Shown here: in pieces, positions 36,396-45,419 of the stretch
Layout: each line of letters begins with the position of its first letter
Position numbering within the stretch: position 1 is the first letter of the stretch
Assembly (NCBI GenBank): GCA_050259635.1
Contig: JBLNBA010000004.1
Coordinates: 139,005-203,004 of the forward strand
Length of the DNA stretch: 64,000 nucleotides
Direction of reading: 5' to 3'
Source: Bacillota bacterium
GTDB taxonomy: Bacteria; Patescibacteriota; Patescibacteriia; Patescibacteriales; UBA12465
Position numbers and translations under genes: made by a program
Notes under the pieces: model-generated
Databases searched by the model: none
Seen by the model: only the letters and a program-made list of their open reading frames with translations
Told to the model about the DNA's origin: nothing

Positions 36396-36733
36396 GGGGC
36401 AAGCGATAAGCCGGATTCTGTCGTGAGCGGCCATTTATCTAGCCTGTCCGTTACCGGACAGATCAAGCGAGCTACTTTTTACCGCAAAGCGGCTTTGCTC
36501 TTGCTTCAGGCAGGGTTTACCGCGGACACGCCGTTACCGGCGGCCGAAGCCTGTAGCCCCGAAGGGCACCAGGCGACTTTTCACCTTTCTCCGCTTGCGC
36601 GGATAGTATCGTCTCTGTGGCACTTTCCCTAAGATTACTCTTGGCGGACGTTATCCGCTGCCCTTTTAATGAAGTCCGGACTTTCCTCTTCTTTGCGCAT
36701 ATATCGCAAAAAAGCGGCCGCTTACTTGCCCCC
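36396..36733 (-). ncRNA. rnpB: RNase P RNA (bacterial type, compact)
   Basis: Minus strand contains GAAGAGGAAAGTCCGGAC (CR-I/P4 5' strand) and ACAGAATCCGGCTTATCG (CR-V/P4 3' strand). P1 pairs GGGGCAAG with CTTGCCCC. There is no credible ORF. Ends are approximate (about +/-10 nt). Confidence 0.85.
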
Positions 36734-36745
36734 ATTAACATCAAT

Positions 36746-36774
36746 ATCGTACAAGAAAAGGCTGAAAATTGCAA
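36746..36774 (-). promoter_or_regulatory. Candidate rnpB promoter
   Basis: Minus strand reads TTGCAA-N17-TACGAT; the -10 ends 13 nt before the P1 5' strand. Confidence 0.5.
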
Positions 36775-36808
36775 ATTTAAGTCACTTTTACCTTAACTTG
36801 CCAATATC

Positions 36809-36837
36809 TTGACAAAACTAATATATTGTGCTAATAT
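36809..36837 (+). promoter_or_regulatory. Sigma70-type promoter of the 385-aa gene
   Basis: TTGACA-N17-TAATAT. Confidence 0.65.
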
Positions 36838-36902
36838 ACCAGAGTTACTGTTAAACAGTAATTTTGTTAATTCACAATTTAATCAACCAAAAAACTCACA
36901 CA

Positions 36903-38057
36903 ATGAGAAAAGCAGCTCTTATTTTCTTGGCACTTATCAGTGTCTCCCAATTTTCTTTTGCCCAGCCAAACAGGCAGGCAAACACCGTTTCCGCAGAATT
37001 TGCCCCGTCCAGCACTGCCACCACCTTGAAATTCACCGTCGATGGAAAACAAATCCTCATCGATCGCGAAAAATTCATGGCAATTTATGAGCAAAATCTG
37101 AAACTGAATGAAAACCGGTTCAAAGATCTGGACAGAATCCAAATTGGCGACACCATCATATTAACGGCCCTCAACTCAAACGGATATAGGTACTGGGTGG
37201 CAAATGCTCAAACAGATGGTGAAATCCATGAATGCATTTGGCTCATAAGCGCCAAATATATCTTGGGCAGCTTACCGACGCAACCTGCAACCATACAATT
37301 TACCGTTGATCCGGAACAATCGTGGTGGCAATCGCTTAATGCCGAAAAGATTTTTTTCATCTCTCTAGCCGCAACTGTCTTGCTTGTTCTCTTGGTACTG
37401 TTAACCATCCTCATCATCTCTCTTAATAAAAAGAGAAGGATACAACAGGAGCAGAAGCTAAAGGAAGTCCAGAAGTTTGAGCACGATAAAGCCCAAACAG
37501 AAATTGCGGCAGCCGCTAAAGTGGTAGCAGATGAAGAAGCAGCCGAAAAGGATAAAGACCCGGAAAACCATCCCCCGGTAATGTCAGGCGGATTAAGCAA
37601 GGATGACCAGGTTGCCCTGCAACAGGTTAGCCAAGCATACGGGCTTAATCCTACCGGTGTAAAGAAACTTGAAAGAGTAACTTTCATCAGAGACTTCGGT
37701 CCTCATAAGGTTATAGCAAAAATGCTAGTCGGCGCATCAAACCAGCCGGCAGAAATTGATCTGTATGTTTTCCCCGGAGAGGAAGTCTGTAAAGTGACGA
37801 TGGTAGATGATAAGATCTTCTATTTCAAGTCCCATTGCGGTAACAGGTTTGGAACCACTATTTCCAATGGTGAATTCACTCCCCCAAAAGGATGGAGAGA
37901 AATACTAATTAGCGAATACGTCGTACCTGTTCCTTCCCCACTCGGAAGTAATGGCAATGAGAATATAAGCGCTAATGGAAAAGGAAAAAAATCCGATGTC
38001 TTAAACATCACCCTCGAAGTAAACGGGAAAGACGTAAAGATTTCTCAAGTAGATTAA
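36903..38057 (+). CDS. Hypothetical bitopic membrane protein
   Basis: Start placed at ATG 36903 (MRKAALIFLALISVSQFSFA signal). Central TM segment (IFFISLAATVLLVLLVLLTILIISL), K/E-rich linker, C-terminal globular domain. Confidence 0.6.
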   Translation: MRKAALIFLALISVSQFSFAQPNRQANTVSAEFAPSSTATTLKFTVDGKQILIDREKFMAIYEQNLKLNENRFKDLDRIQIGDTIILTALNSNGYRYWVANAQTDGEIHECIWLISAKYILGSLPTQPATIQFTVDPEQSWWQSLNAEKIFFISLAATVLLVLLVLLTILIISLNKKRRIQQEQKLKEVQKFEHDKAQTEIAAAAKVVADEEAAEKDKDPENHPPVMSGGLSKDDQVALQQVSQAYGLNPTGVKKLERVTFIRDFGPHKVIAKMLVGASNQPAEIDLYVFPGEEVCKVTMVDDKIFYFKSHCGNRFGTTISNGEFTPPKGWREILISEYVVPVPSPLGSNGNENISANGKGKKSDVLNITLEVNGKDVKISQVD

Positions 38058-38078
38058 TTGTCAAAGTGAATTATGAAC

Positions 38079-38110
38079 GGCCGACGCCTAAAAAACGTCG
38101 GTCTTTTTTA
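38079..38110 (+). terminator. Rho-independent terminator
   Basis: Stem CCGACG/CGTCGG (38081-38086 / 38096-38101) followed by TCTTTTTT. Confidence 0.7.
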
Positions 38111-38113
38111 ATC

Positions 38114-38142
38114 TTGACATCTAAGAACAAATGTGATATATT
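38114..38142 (+). promoter_or_regulatory. Sigma70-type promoter of a small unannotated ORF
   Basis: TTGACA-N17-TATATT, immediately after the upstream terminator. Confidence 0.6.
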
Positions 38143-38186
38143 ATAGGTAATCAACCAATCGTTCTTTCCAAAAAACCGTTCTTTCC

Positions 38187-38291
38187 ATGTTACACACCCT
38201 ATCTATTGCCGTCCCTATCATCCCAATGATATTGGCTTCGTATTTCGTTTACTTAGTAAGAAACGATAAAAAGAGCCAAATTCCAAAATAG
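38187..38291 (+). CDS. Candidate 34-aa single-TM peptide (below the ORF-track length cutoff)
   Basis: ATG..TAG encodes MLHTLSIAVPIIPMILASYFVYLVRNDKKSQIPK. It sits between its own promoter and a bidirectional terminator, and the leader carries the direct repeat CGTTCTTTCCA x2. Confidence 0.45.
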   Translation: MLHTLSIAVPIIPMILASYFVYLVRNDKKSQIPK

Positions 38292-38299
38292 GAAACACA

Positions 38300-38335
38300 A
38301 AAAATAAGCCGAGGTCCCATACCCCGGCTTTTTTC
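38300..38335. terminator. Bidirectional terminator
   Basis: aaaaaataAGCCGAGGtcccataCCCCGGCTttttt; stem with one mismatch, A-run before and T-run after. Confidence 0.6.
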
Positions 38336-41300
38336 TTATCTCTCGCTATCATATTCGCTCTGGGCTTTTTCGGTAGTCATCGTTCCCTTCCAGATCTTGA
38401 ACTTATCTATCTTATGTCCCCAGGAAGTACTGGAAAGCTGTATGTTATCTATTGCCGAGGCAGGCAAAGGAAGCCTTTCCTGATCAATCATCAGCTTGCC
38501 ATCAACAAATACCTTCCAGCGCCAAAGATAATCATCATAAGTAAGCACGATGTGATGCCAGAGATTATCAAGCGGGATGGCCGAAGGATTCTCCACGAAT
38601 ATATCATCATTGCCAACGCTCTTTATCACCTGCCGGCCTCCTTCCATGGATAGCTGGGCCAAATTCGTCTCACTGTCATTTAGATCGATGTGCAGCCTGC
38701 CGCTATAAGGCAAGGTTGCCTCATTCTTCCACCATAAAGAGAAAGAAAATCCTTCAGAAGATATCTCCGGGATTTGAAGCTTATAGGGAACATCTTTGGG
38801 ATAATCCAGCCCCTTCCCTTCCTTGCCGGTAAAAACGATCGCCCCAGCCGGGAGCTGCCAATCCAGGCTCCCAACGATGTCATGAGCCACTGAACCGGTT
38901 ACTTCATCGAATTCCCACTGATGCTCCAGCTTTAGCTCGGGAGGCGGATTCCGGCGGACAATGGGATTGAAGGGGCGGACAGAAGCGGCGTAGCTCTTTA
39001 TTTCCGTTCCGGAAAGAACGCGATTCCAGAATGCTAGCTCATCTACGACTACTTCCCCCGAAACCCCGGCGATACTGAACCGGTCATAACCGGCAGCTAA
39101 GCCCCCAAATTCCTGATAAAACAATTCTTCACCATCAATATGTAAAGACCAATTACCGCCGCGAGCATTCCAGATCAGGACCGCCTGATGCCATTCGTTA
39201 TCCATGAAATTCGGCATGTTATATCTTCCTTCTAATCCCGGAAAACCGTGGAATTCGGCCATAGAGCTGAAAAGATCGAATTTGAGGAAAGTATTGTCCG
39301 AAGAATTTTCTAACATGAACGACGGATTGCTGTAGTTATCCTTCCCCTTGAAGCGGAAAGCGAAGCTGAATCCACCTCCATCCAGCATCGGCGTCATGGC
39401 CGCTCTGAGCCGCTTGTCTTGATAAGGCAGGAACATACCGCAACCGAATTGCCCCACCGCACGCTTGCCTTCAGACTCCAAATAACCGGAAGTTGCCCGA
39501 CTTATGGAATCAGCGCTTCCGGCGCTATCGCACTCATTGAACGCCCACAGCCTCATCAAATCAGGGCTATCAATGCCTTCTACCTGAGCGTAATCTCCGT
39601 CCGTGCCCGTATCTGTCTCTTCTTCCCCATCATCCCCTTCTTCAGTCTCATTATCATTATCTTCCCCGGCTTCTCCATTATCATTATCTTCCTTCTCCTC
39701 TTCTTCCTCTTCCTGAGGTAACCGGCCGCCTAGAGGCCAAAGGAGAAAATCCCTGGCATTATCGTCATTATCATATTTCGGCGGCCAATTCTCTTTGCTA
39801 CCATCTTCCAGGATTTCCTCAATCTTGGTCGAGCTATCAGCTTTACGACGTAGGAGGTATCCCTCAGACAATGCCGGCGCCGGCCCTGACCCTTCATAAT
39901 ATGCGGCCTCGCCAAAACCCACCTTATCGATAATATCCTCGTCGACCGGGCTGCTTACCGCTCCTTTGGCGAGATAGATCGTGAAACCCTTGTCAGTCAA
40001 AGAGAAATCGCTACGCAAAGCGATTGCCGAAGCAGCCTGCTTCAGGTCAGGCGAAGCATCATCGCGCACTATCCGATAACCTTCTCCTGCCCGCAGTAAG
40101 GTGCCTCCCGGGAAAGTAGCATCGGAAGCGGCCTCAAAACGGAGCATTATCCCTGGGTCTGACGCAGACTTCGCCTTCTCTAAACGGATCTTGGCCGCAG
40201 CTAAATCGATATCCTCATCCCCGTAATTCCAGATCTCGATCCAATCATCATCCCCCTGCGTATGGATACGGGAGATTACTAGATCATCGGATATTTCCTT
40301 TTCCTCTTCCTTGCTCTCTTTCGACGTTTCTTCTTGCTCTTTTTCCTTCACAGTCTCCTTTTTTTCTTCCTCCTTTACCAGAGGAGTCCAAAGGGCGATA
40401 TTGGTGTCTTTGGTTTCCGTCTTCTGCTCCTTAGGGACCACCGACTGTGGTGACTGGGTTTTCGGACGGGCTGAAGCGAAAATATCCGTTTCTAATACCG
40501 AGGGCTGGGCCTGCGGATGCTTCACTTCTGCCGCCTCTTTCTCGACTCCAGTTTCTTCCGTTTTTTCCTTTACTTTTTCCCCGACCGCCGGCTTGGCCTT
40601 TTCCAGAGCCTGTTCAAAAACCGGATTAATTTCCGCAGACATATTTCCCTGCACCTGTTTGCTTTCCTCGCCTGCTAGCGGCGTCGGACTTTCATTACCC
40701 CCGCCCCAAGCCAAGCGGTCCGCCTCGGATTTAGCCGGGAATATGGCATCCCATTGCCTCCTTACCTCATCGGCCACGCTCCGCAAACCTGAGATCGGAT
40801 TATTTATCAAGCTCCATTTAAGAACCACGCCAAGGTTGTTTACCTTGCCCCTCACTTCCGCATCCGGAAAACGGCTGCTTAAATCTACATCCACCGGTAC
40901 GTCTATCAAGCTCTTCTGTACGGCCTGGGTATAGGGGATGAAGAGGAAGCGATCTCCCTCTATTACCTTGCCGGCATTGTAGCCGAGGATTTCCGGTGCC
41001 GGAAGGATAGTCAGGTTCCTTCTGGCGATCTGAGAAAACTCTTGGCCGCGAGAGAAGACATCGCCTTGCGGGCTATATATGCTTTCTCGGTCATAGCCGT
41101 CAGGGGTGATATCCACGGCATAATAGCGGGGGTCATATTCCAAAGCACCGAGCTTTTCGGGATTGGAAGCATTAGCGCTTTCATACAGCTTTTCCGTCAG
41201 CCCGACACAGGTCCAATCCCCGCTCCAAGGCCCTTTCTGTGAAGAAAAATCAAAGTCATAAGCCAAGCTGGAACGAGCCAGATACTTACCGATCGCCACC

Positions 41301-41650
41301 GCTTTGGCCCGCTGCCAAACAGTGGCCTTCTTGGGTATCCGGGCTGCCACCAGCAGCTCGCCTTCATTTTCATTTACGAAGTATTCCGCTGGCGTCATCA
41401 CTACACCGGTACCGAGCGCTTCGACGACATAATCCACCCCATCTACTTTCCCGACATACATCCCAGTATGGCCGGAATAGATATTTGTCATCACCCCCGC
41501 TTTCTGCCGGATTAATTCCTTACTGCTAAAACCATACATCTTGCCGTCAGAAGAAGTGCGATATAATATCGTTCCTGGTTCCATCGCCAAAGCCATCCAC
41601 GGACAGGCGAATACGAATACTATAATGATTAAGCACTTATATCTTTTCAT
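38336..41650 (-). CDS. Giant secreted multidomain protein: YiiX/C92-like permuted papain amidase, lamin-tail domain and two LamG (concanavalin-like) domains
   Basis: Signal peptide at MKRYKCLIIIVFVFACPWMALA (start ATG 41650). HTGMYVG...VVEALGTGV...YDFDF...WTCVGL is C92-like; ISRIHTQGDDDWIEIWNYGDEDIDL is LTD-like; WHQAVLIW and WHHIVLTY lie in LamG-like cores. Contains an acidic E/D/N linker. Confidence 0.6.
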   Translation of the reverse strand: MKRYKCLIIIVFVFACPWMALAMEPGTILYRTSSDGKMYGFSSKELIRQKAGVMTNIYSGHTGMYVGKVDGVDYVVEALGTGVVMTPAEYFVNENEGELLVAARIPKKATVWQRAKAVAIGKYLARSSLAYDFDFSSQKGPWSGDWTCVGLTEKLYESANASNPEKLGALEYDPRYYAVDITPDGYDRESIYSPQGDVFSRGQEFSQIARRNLTILPAPEILGYNAGKVIEGDRFLFIPYTQAVQKSLIDVPVDVDLSSRFPDAEVRGKVNNLGVVLKWSLINNPISGLRSVADEVRRQWDAIFPAKSEADRLAWGGGNESPTPLAGEESKQVQGNMSAEINPVFEQALEKAKPAVGEKVKEKTEETGVEKEAAEVKHPQAQPSVLETDIFASARPKTQSPQSVVPKEQKTETKDTNIALWTPLVKEEEKKETVKEKEQEETSKESKEEEKEISDDLVISRIHTQGDDDWIEIWNYGDEDIDLAAAKIRLEKAKSASDPGIMLRFEAASDATFPGGTLLRAGEGYRIVRDDASPDLKQAASAIALRSDFSLTDKGFTIYLAKGAVSSPVDEDIIDKVGFGEAAYYEGSGPAPALSEGYLLRRKADSSTKIEEILEDGSKENWPPKYDNDDNARDFLLWPLGGRLPQEEEEEEKEDNDNGEAGEDNDNETEEGDDGEEETDTGTDGDYAQVEGIDSPDLMRLWAFNECDSAGSADSISRATSGYLESEGKRAVGQFGCGMFLPYQDKRLRAAMTPMLDGGGFSFAFRFKGKDNYSNPSFMLENSSDNTFLKFDLFSSMAEFHGFPGLEGRYNMPNFMDNEWHQAVLIWNARGGNWSLHIDGEELFYQEFGGLAAGYDRFSIAGVSGEVVVDELAFWNRVLSGTEIKSYAASVRPFNPIVRRNPPPELKLEHQWEFDEVTGSVAHDIVGSLDWQLPAGAIVFTGKEGKGLDYPKDVPYKLQIPEISSEGFSFSLWWKNEATLPYSGRLHIDLNDSETNLAQLSMEGGRQVIKSVGNDDIFVENPSAIPLDNLWHHIVLTYDDYLWRWKVFVDGKLMIDQERLPLPASAIDNIQLSSTSWGHKIDKFKIWKGTMTTEKAQSEYDSER

Positions 41651-42590
41651 AAAATTCTTGCCATTCGGCCTCGGTGGGCTCGGGAACGCTAGGTCGGCGT
41701 CCACCGGCTGCCGTCAGAGCTTCCGCGGCCAGGCCGCGGCTTATATTATCCAACGATCCATCCGCAGCAATGGCAGCCAACGCTTCTATGACTACCGCTT
41801 GCCTTCCCATACCCGCCATGAACCAGATCCTTTTCCAACGAGCGGACACCTCTCCAGGTTTCCTTACCGCTTCCATCAGAGACTGCAGATCTTCTGCGGA
41901 CCAGCGGATGGAATTTCCCGACCAGAAAGAAACAGCATCCAAAGAGGCGGTAAGAAGTTCTGTTTCCTGGGTACGGATGATCATCTCTTTCATTAAAGAA
42001 GAATTTTCCGCACTTGGATACGGTGATAACAGCTCCAGGGCATAACGGCGGTTTGCTAGCGATGCTTGTGGATCAGAAGCGAGGCTCCTTAGGCTCATCA
42101 GCCAATCCTCGTCAGCGAAAGCGCCGGAAAAAGAAAACACGATAAGCTTCTTTATTTCCAGATCCACGCTTTCATTCTCTATCATCCCCTCCAAGGCGAC
42201 AGGCAAAGCATCTGAGCCATATTCCGCCGCCATTATCCTTATCAATGCCGCCTGCAATTCCGGCTTCCCGGAACTCAAAGCTTCCCTATAATATTTCACA
42301 GCAAGATCGGAATGAGCAGAAAAATATGGCCGCCAAGCATCGGCATACACCTGCCGGTTGGCCAAACAAGCTTCCCGGCAAGAACCGTTGAAAGTCTTAA
42401 CGAAACCCTGCCAAGCCATTTCAGAGCGCAAAGAAGGTGGATACTTCATCCAAGGACGGAAAAGCACGGGGGATAGGAGACCGAGCACGGCTAAAATCGC
42501 TAAGGCAGCAGCAATCCACTTCCATTTTGCCGCCAGCCAGACTTTCCAAAACGGGGGCTTCTTGCCCATTAATCTATCGATCATTTTCAT
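41637..42590 (-). CDS. Hypothetical membrane-anchored helical-repeat (HEAT/ARM-like) protein
   Basis: Start placed at ATG 42590 (MKMIDRL). One TM segment (WIAAALAILAVLGLL) followed by Leu/Ala-rich helical repeats. Its 3' end overlaps the start of the giant gene by 14 nt. Confidence 0.5.
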   Translation of the reverse strand: MKMIDRLMGKKPPFWKVWLAAKWKWIAAALAILAVLGLLSPVLFRPWMKYPPSLRSEMAWQGFVKTFNGSCREACLANRQVYADAWRPYFSAHSDLAVKYYREALSSGKPELQAALIRIMAAEYGSDALPVALEGMIENESVDLEIKKLIVFSFSGAFADEDWLMSLRSLASDPQASLANRRYALELLSPYPSAENSSLMKEMIIRTQETELLTASLDAVSFWSGNSIRWSAEDLQSLMEAVRKPGEVSARWKRIWFMAGMGRQAVVIEALAAIAADGSLDNISRGLAAEALTAAGGRRPSVPEPTEAEWQEFYEKI

Positions 42591-42601
42591 ATTATTATTC
42601 G

Positions 42602-42639
42602 GCTTGCCCGCCGGGACGGCGCGTGTCCCGGCGGCAAGC
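42602..42639. other. GC-rich imperfect palindrome (stable stem-loop) in the leader of the helical-repeat gene
   Basis: GCTTGCCCGCCGGGAC-ggcgcgt-GTCCCGGCGGCAAGC; 15 bp with one bulged C and no adjacent T-run on either strand. Confidence 0.55.
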
Positions 42640-42735
42640 ATGAGGCGTCGGCTTGTTGCGCCTCAATGATGATAATAGCAAAACCCCCCTGAAGGAACGT
42701 GAAACAGAAGATGAAATCTATATTCTCTGTATTTA

Positions 42736-42765
42736 ACAAAAACGCCCGTATTACGGACGTTTTTA
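42736..42765. terminator. Terminator after the O-antigen-ligase/TPR gene
   Basis: aaaaACGCCCGTAttACGGACGTtttt; stem with one mismatch, A-run and T-run flanks. Confidence 0.6.
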
Positions 42766-42787
42766 TTTGAAATAAAGGGTTATGTTA

Positions 42788-44953
42788 TCAGTTCGCAGAC
42801 ATCTTCTCTTGTACCTGCCGGATAAAAGCATCGACCGCCGGCTTGAGTGATTTGTCTATTTCCGCCGTTTGGGAAGCGATGGAGGCGGCCAGCTGGAGAT
42901 TGCCGGAATCAAGCACGATCCGTACGAGAGCCATCAGCTTAGTCGCATCTTTAGCGGCTGCATATCTCTCTGCGGCCGCCTGGATCGTTCCCACCATCAG
43001 CGAACGCCCCTGTTTGTCCACGCATTCATCTACATAGGAAGCAGCCTTCTCTTTCTGCCCCTCCAATTGATAAAAATTCCCCAATTGGCAAGCAGTATCA
43101 ATAAAGTTCTGATTAAGTTCCCTGGCCTTAAGAAAAGCCGCTTCCGCCAATTGCGGCTCATTCATATTGATAAGTATCTGACCCTTAACGAAATATACCG
43201 GGATACGGCGAGGACTGGAGGCGAGCGAGTGTTCTATCGCCGCCAAAGCCTTATCCATATAAGCCTGGAAGGTTTTGGGGTCATCAGGATAGTAACGGGC
43301 GGCAATATCATAGATCTGGGCAGCTTGCATCTGGGTCAAGCTATCATCCGGATTGAGCGCCAGGTTCTTTTCCAGTTCTCCCGTAACGAACCCGATATTC
43401 TCATAGAGCTTGCCGCCAAAGGCGGAAAGGATTCGCGGATTGTTAATCACCAGATTTACCAGCGTTGTCCGGGCATCCCGATCCAAGGGAGTCCCTACCG
43501 CCAAAGCTTCCTGATAGGTCTGGAAGCCCAAAGCCTCCTGACCGGTGGCAATGTAGGAATAGGCATCTATTACTTTGCTCAGCATCTTCCAAGGACGGGT
43601 ATTTAAAGGCAGAACGATCACCAAGACCATCACGGAGGAAACAATGAGGATAGTCCATTCCATTCCCGAAGATCCACGTTCTTCTTCCGAGGGCTCAGGC
43701 TGATCGCCGGGGACTAGGAATATCAGATAGCCCAAAGCGATCATCAACCCCATGTAAGTAGGGAGCGAGTCAAAGACTGCCAGATTCTGGATAAAATAAG
43801 CAGTGAAGAGGGCGGCTACCACCGCTAACTCGCGCATTGGCCGGCCCGCTTCTCCACTCTCAATCCTAAAGCCATGGACGCGCAAAGCGCGATACCAGCT
43901 CCAGGCCGCCGCTGCAAAAATACTCAAGTATGCGAGGAGCCCGATCGCTCCGGTAGTGGAAGCGATGTCTATCAGGTTATTATGGGCGCGATCGAAATAA
44001 GTTTCGGTCGTAGAATAATTGAAGAAAGAAGGATCGAACTGCCGATCAAAGATGATCGCATAGTTGCCGAAACCAGTCCCCAGCCAGGGGTGGGCGGGAA
44101 AATCGCGGAAGGCTCCTTCCCAAGACAAACGGCGTGTCTGGAACGTAGCCTTATTCACGCTCAAATCCTTAAGGAAGGCATTCTCCTTGAACCAAGGCTG
44201 ATTATACTGGGAAAACAAAGCGATTACCGCCAGAACGGCGGCCAGGAAAGTGATAAGGGCGCCTCGACGCACTTTCCGCCGTGAAGCAAAGAGGCCGAGC
44301 AAGAAAATGAGGAGCAGCAAGCTCGTTCCCAGACCGATAATGGCGCCGGAGGTATCTGCCCGGAAGAAAGAGATGAGCATCAGGACGATGGCAATATAAT
44401 ACGGCCATTGGCGGCTGACCGCTGTCCGCAGGCAAAGCAAAGCGGCAAAGAATAGGTTGAAGATCATGTAACCGCTCACATAAGCAGTGTTACCGATAGT
44501 ACCGATCTTCTCCCCGAATATGATAATGAGCGCCTCGATGGAAGCCGCAGCCACCGACGCGGATAACAGCCAGTACCAGTCTTCACGGCTACGGAAAGCG
44601 GTAATAAGATAGAGATAAAAGAGGAAGAAGTGGAAAATATGGAAGAAGCCCAAAAGGCGTTCCACATCGCCCCAAAAGCTGAGATTGAAATCCACCCCCG
44701 TAAAGCAAGATACCAGGATAACGGCTAGGAAGGCCCCGAGACCCCACGTGACCTTAGAGCGCATCGGACTGAAGGCAGGATAGCGATAGATGAGTACCAG
44801 CCAGATGGGCAGAAGAAGCTCCATCAGGATGTTGAACGTCAACTGTTTGGAGGAGATAAAGGGGAAAAGCAGGCTGCTAAAGACCAAGAAGATGACGCCT
44901 AAGGAGACGAAGACCCCAATCTGCAAAATACGCTGATAAATCTTTGCGGGCAT
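42788..44953 (-). CDS. O-antigen ligase-like (Wzy_C) membrane protein with C-terminal TPR-like domain
   Basis: 721 aa; about 12 TM segments with a GTGFGNY loop motif, then a ~280-aa helical-repeat C-terminus. Confidence 0.6.
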   Translation of the reverse strand: MPAKIYQRILQIGVFVSLGVIFLVFSSLLFPFISSKQLTFNILMELLLPIWLVLIYRYPAFSPMRSKVTWGLGAFLAVILVSCFTGVDFNLSFWGDVERLLGFFHIFHFFLFYLYLITAFRSREDWYWLLSASVAAASIEALIIIFGEKIGTIGNTAYVSGYMIFNLFFAALLCLRTAVSRQWPYYIAIVLMLISFFRADTSGAIIGLGTSLLLLIFLLGLFASRRKVRRGALITFLAAVLAVIALFSQYNQPWFKENAFLKDLSVNKATFQTRRLSWEGAFRDFPAHPWLGTGFGNYAIIFDRQFDPSFFNYSTTETYFDRAHNNLIDIASTTGAIGLLAYLSIFAAAAWSWYRALRVHGFRIESGEAGRPMRELAVVAALFTAYFIQNLAVFDSLPTYMGLMIALGYLIFLVPGDQPEPSEEERGSSGMEWTILIVSSVMVLVIVLPLNTRPWKMLSKVIDAYSYIATGQEALGFQTYQEALAVGTPLDRDARTTLVNLVINNPRILSAFGGKLYENIGFVTGELEKNLALNPDDSLTQMQAAQIYDIAARYYPDDPKTFQAYMDKALAAIEHSLASSPRRIPVYFVKGQILINMNEPQLAEAAFLKARELNQNFIDTACQLGNFYQLEGQKEKAASYVDECVDKQGRSLMVGTIQAAAERYAAAKDATKLMALVRIVLDSGNLQLAASIASQTAEIDKSLKPAVDAFIRQVQEKMSAN

Positions 44954-45013
44954 AGTTTAGAATGTTATTTAATCGTTATCTTTAATTATATTACATCCCC
45001 CCGGCTTAGACAA

Positions 45014-45044
45014 ATAAAAAAGCCCGCTTTTTGGAAGCAGGCTT
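45014..45044 (-). terminator. Rho-independent terminator
   Basis: Minus strand reads AGCCTGC-ttccaaaaa-GCGGGCT followed by TTTTTT. Confidence 0.55.
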
Positions 45045-45050
45045 CGAAGG

Positions 45051-45416
45051 TTAACTGACGTTTTCTCCCGCATTTTTATCGCCGAAGCGGTGGATCGAGA
45101 GCACGATAATAAGCAGGATCGCGGTCCAAATAACGGGACCGATTGATACGGCTTGGGAAGAACATAAAAACATAGCTGCCAACAGATAAATCCCGGAGGA
45201 TATGGCTCTGAACGTATAGCGCTTAGATGAAACCGCTACTGTACACAAAGCCGCGAGCAAGACGAGAGGCGGTATGGGATTCGCCGAGCCCACAAGAAGG
45301 CTCCAGACGAAAGCACATAGGCCAAAGGTAGCGATAATGGCCAGTTTTTCCTTCTCTTTATGCAGGAAGGAAAAGGCCAGAACCGCCAACACGAAGAAAT
45401 ACAGTAGCGCTTCCAT
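45051..45416 (-). CDS. Small hypothetical membrane protein (4 TM)
   Basis: 121-aa hydrophobic ORF, 3 nt downstream of hppA. Confidence 0.55.
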   Translation of the reverse strand: MEALLYFFVLAVLAFSFLHKEKEKLAIIATFGLCAFVWSLLVGSANPIPPLVLLAALCTVAVSSKRYTFRAISSGIYLLAAMFLCSSQAVSIGPVIWTAILLIIVLSIHRFGDKNAGENVS

Positions 45417-45419
45417 GGC

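Noticed and set aside
39590-39725. Repetitive tcttc/ttatcatta DNA that could look like a tandem repeat or CRISPR-like array
   Set aside because: It lies in frame within the giant LamG protein gene and encodes the acidic E/D/N-rich linker. It has no regular repeat-spacer periodicity.
42691-42706. parS-like sequence gaaggAACGTGAAACA
   Set aside because: Only the right half matches the TGTTTCACGTGAAACA consensus (10 of 16). There is no palindromic left half, and it lies 14 kb from parAB.
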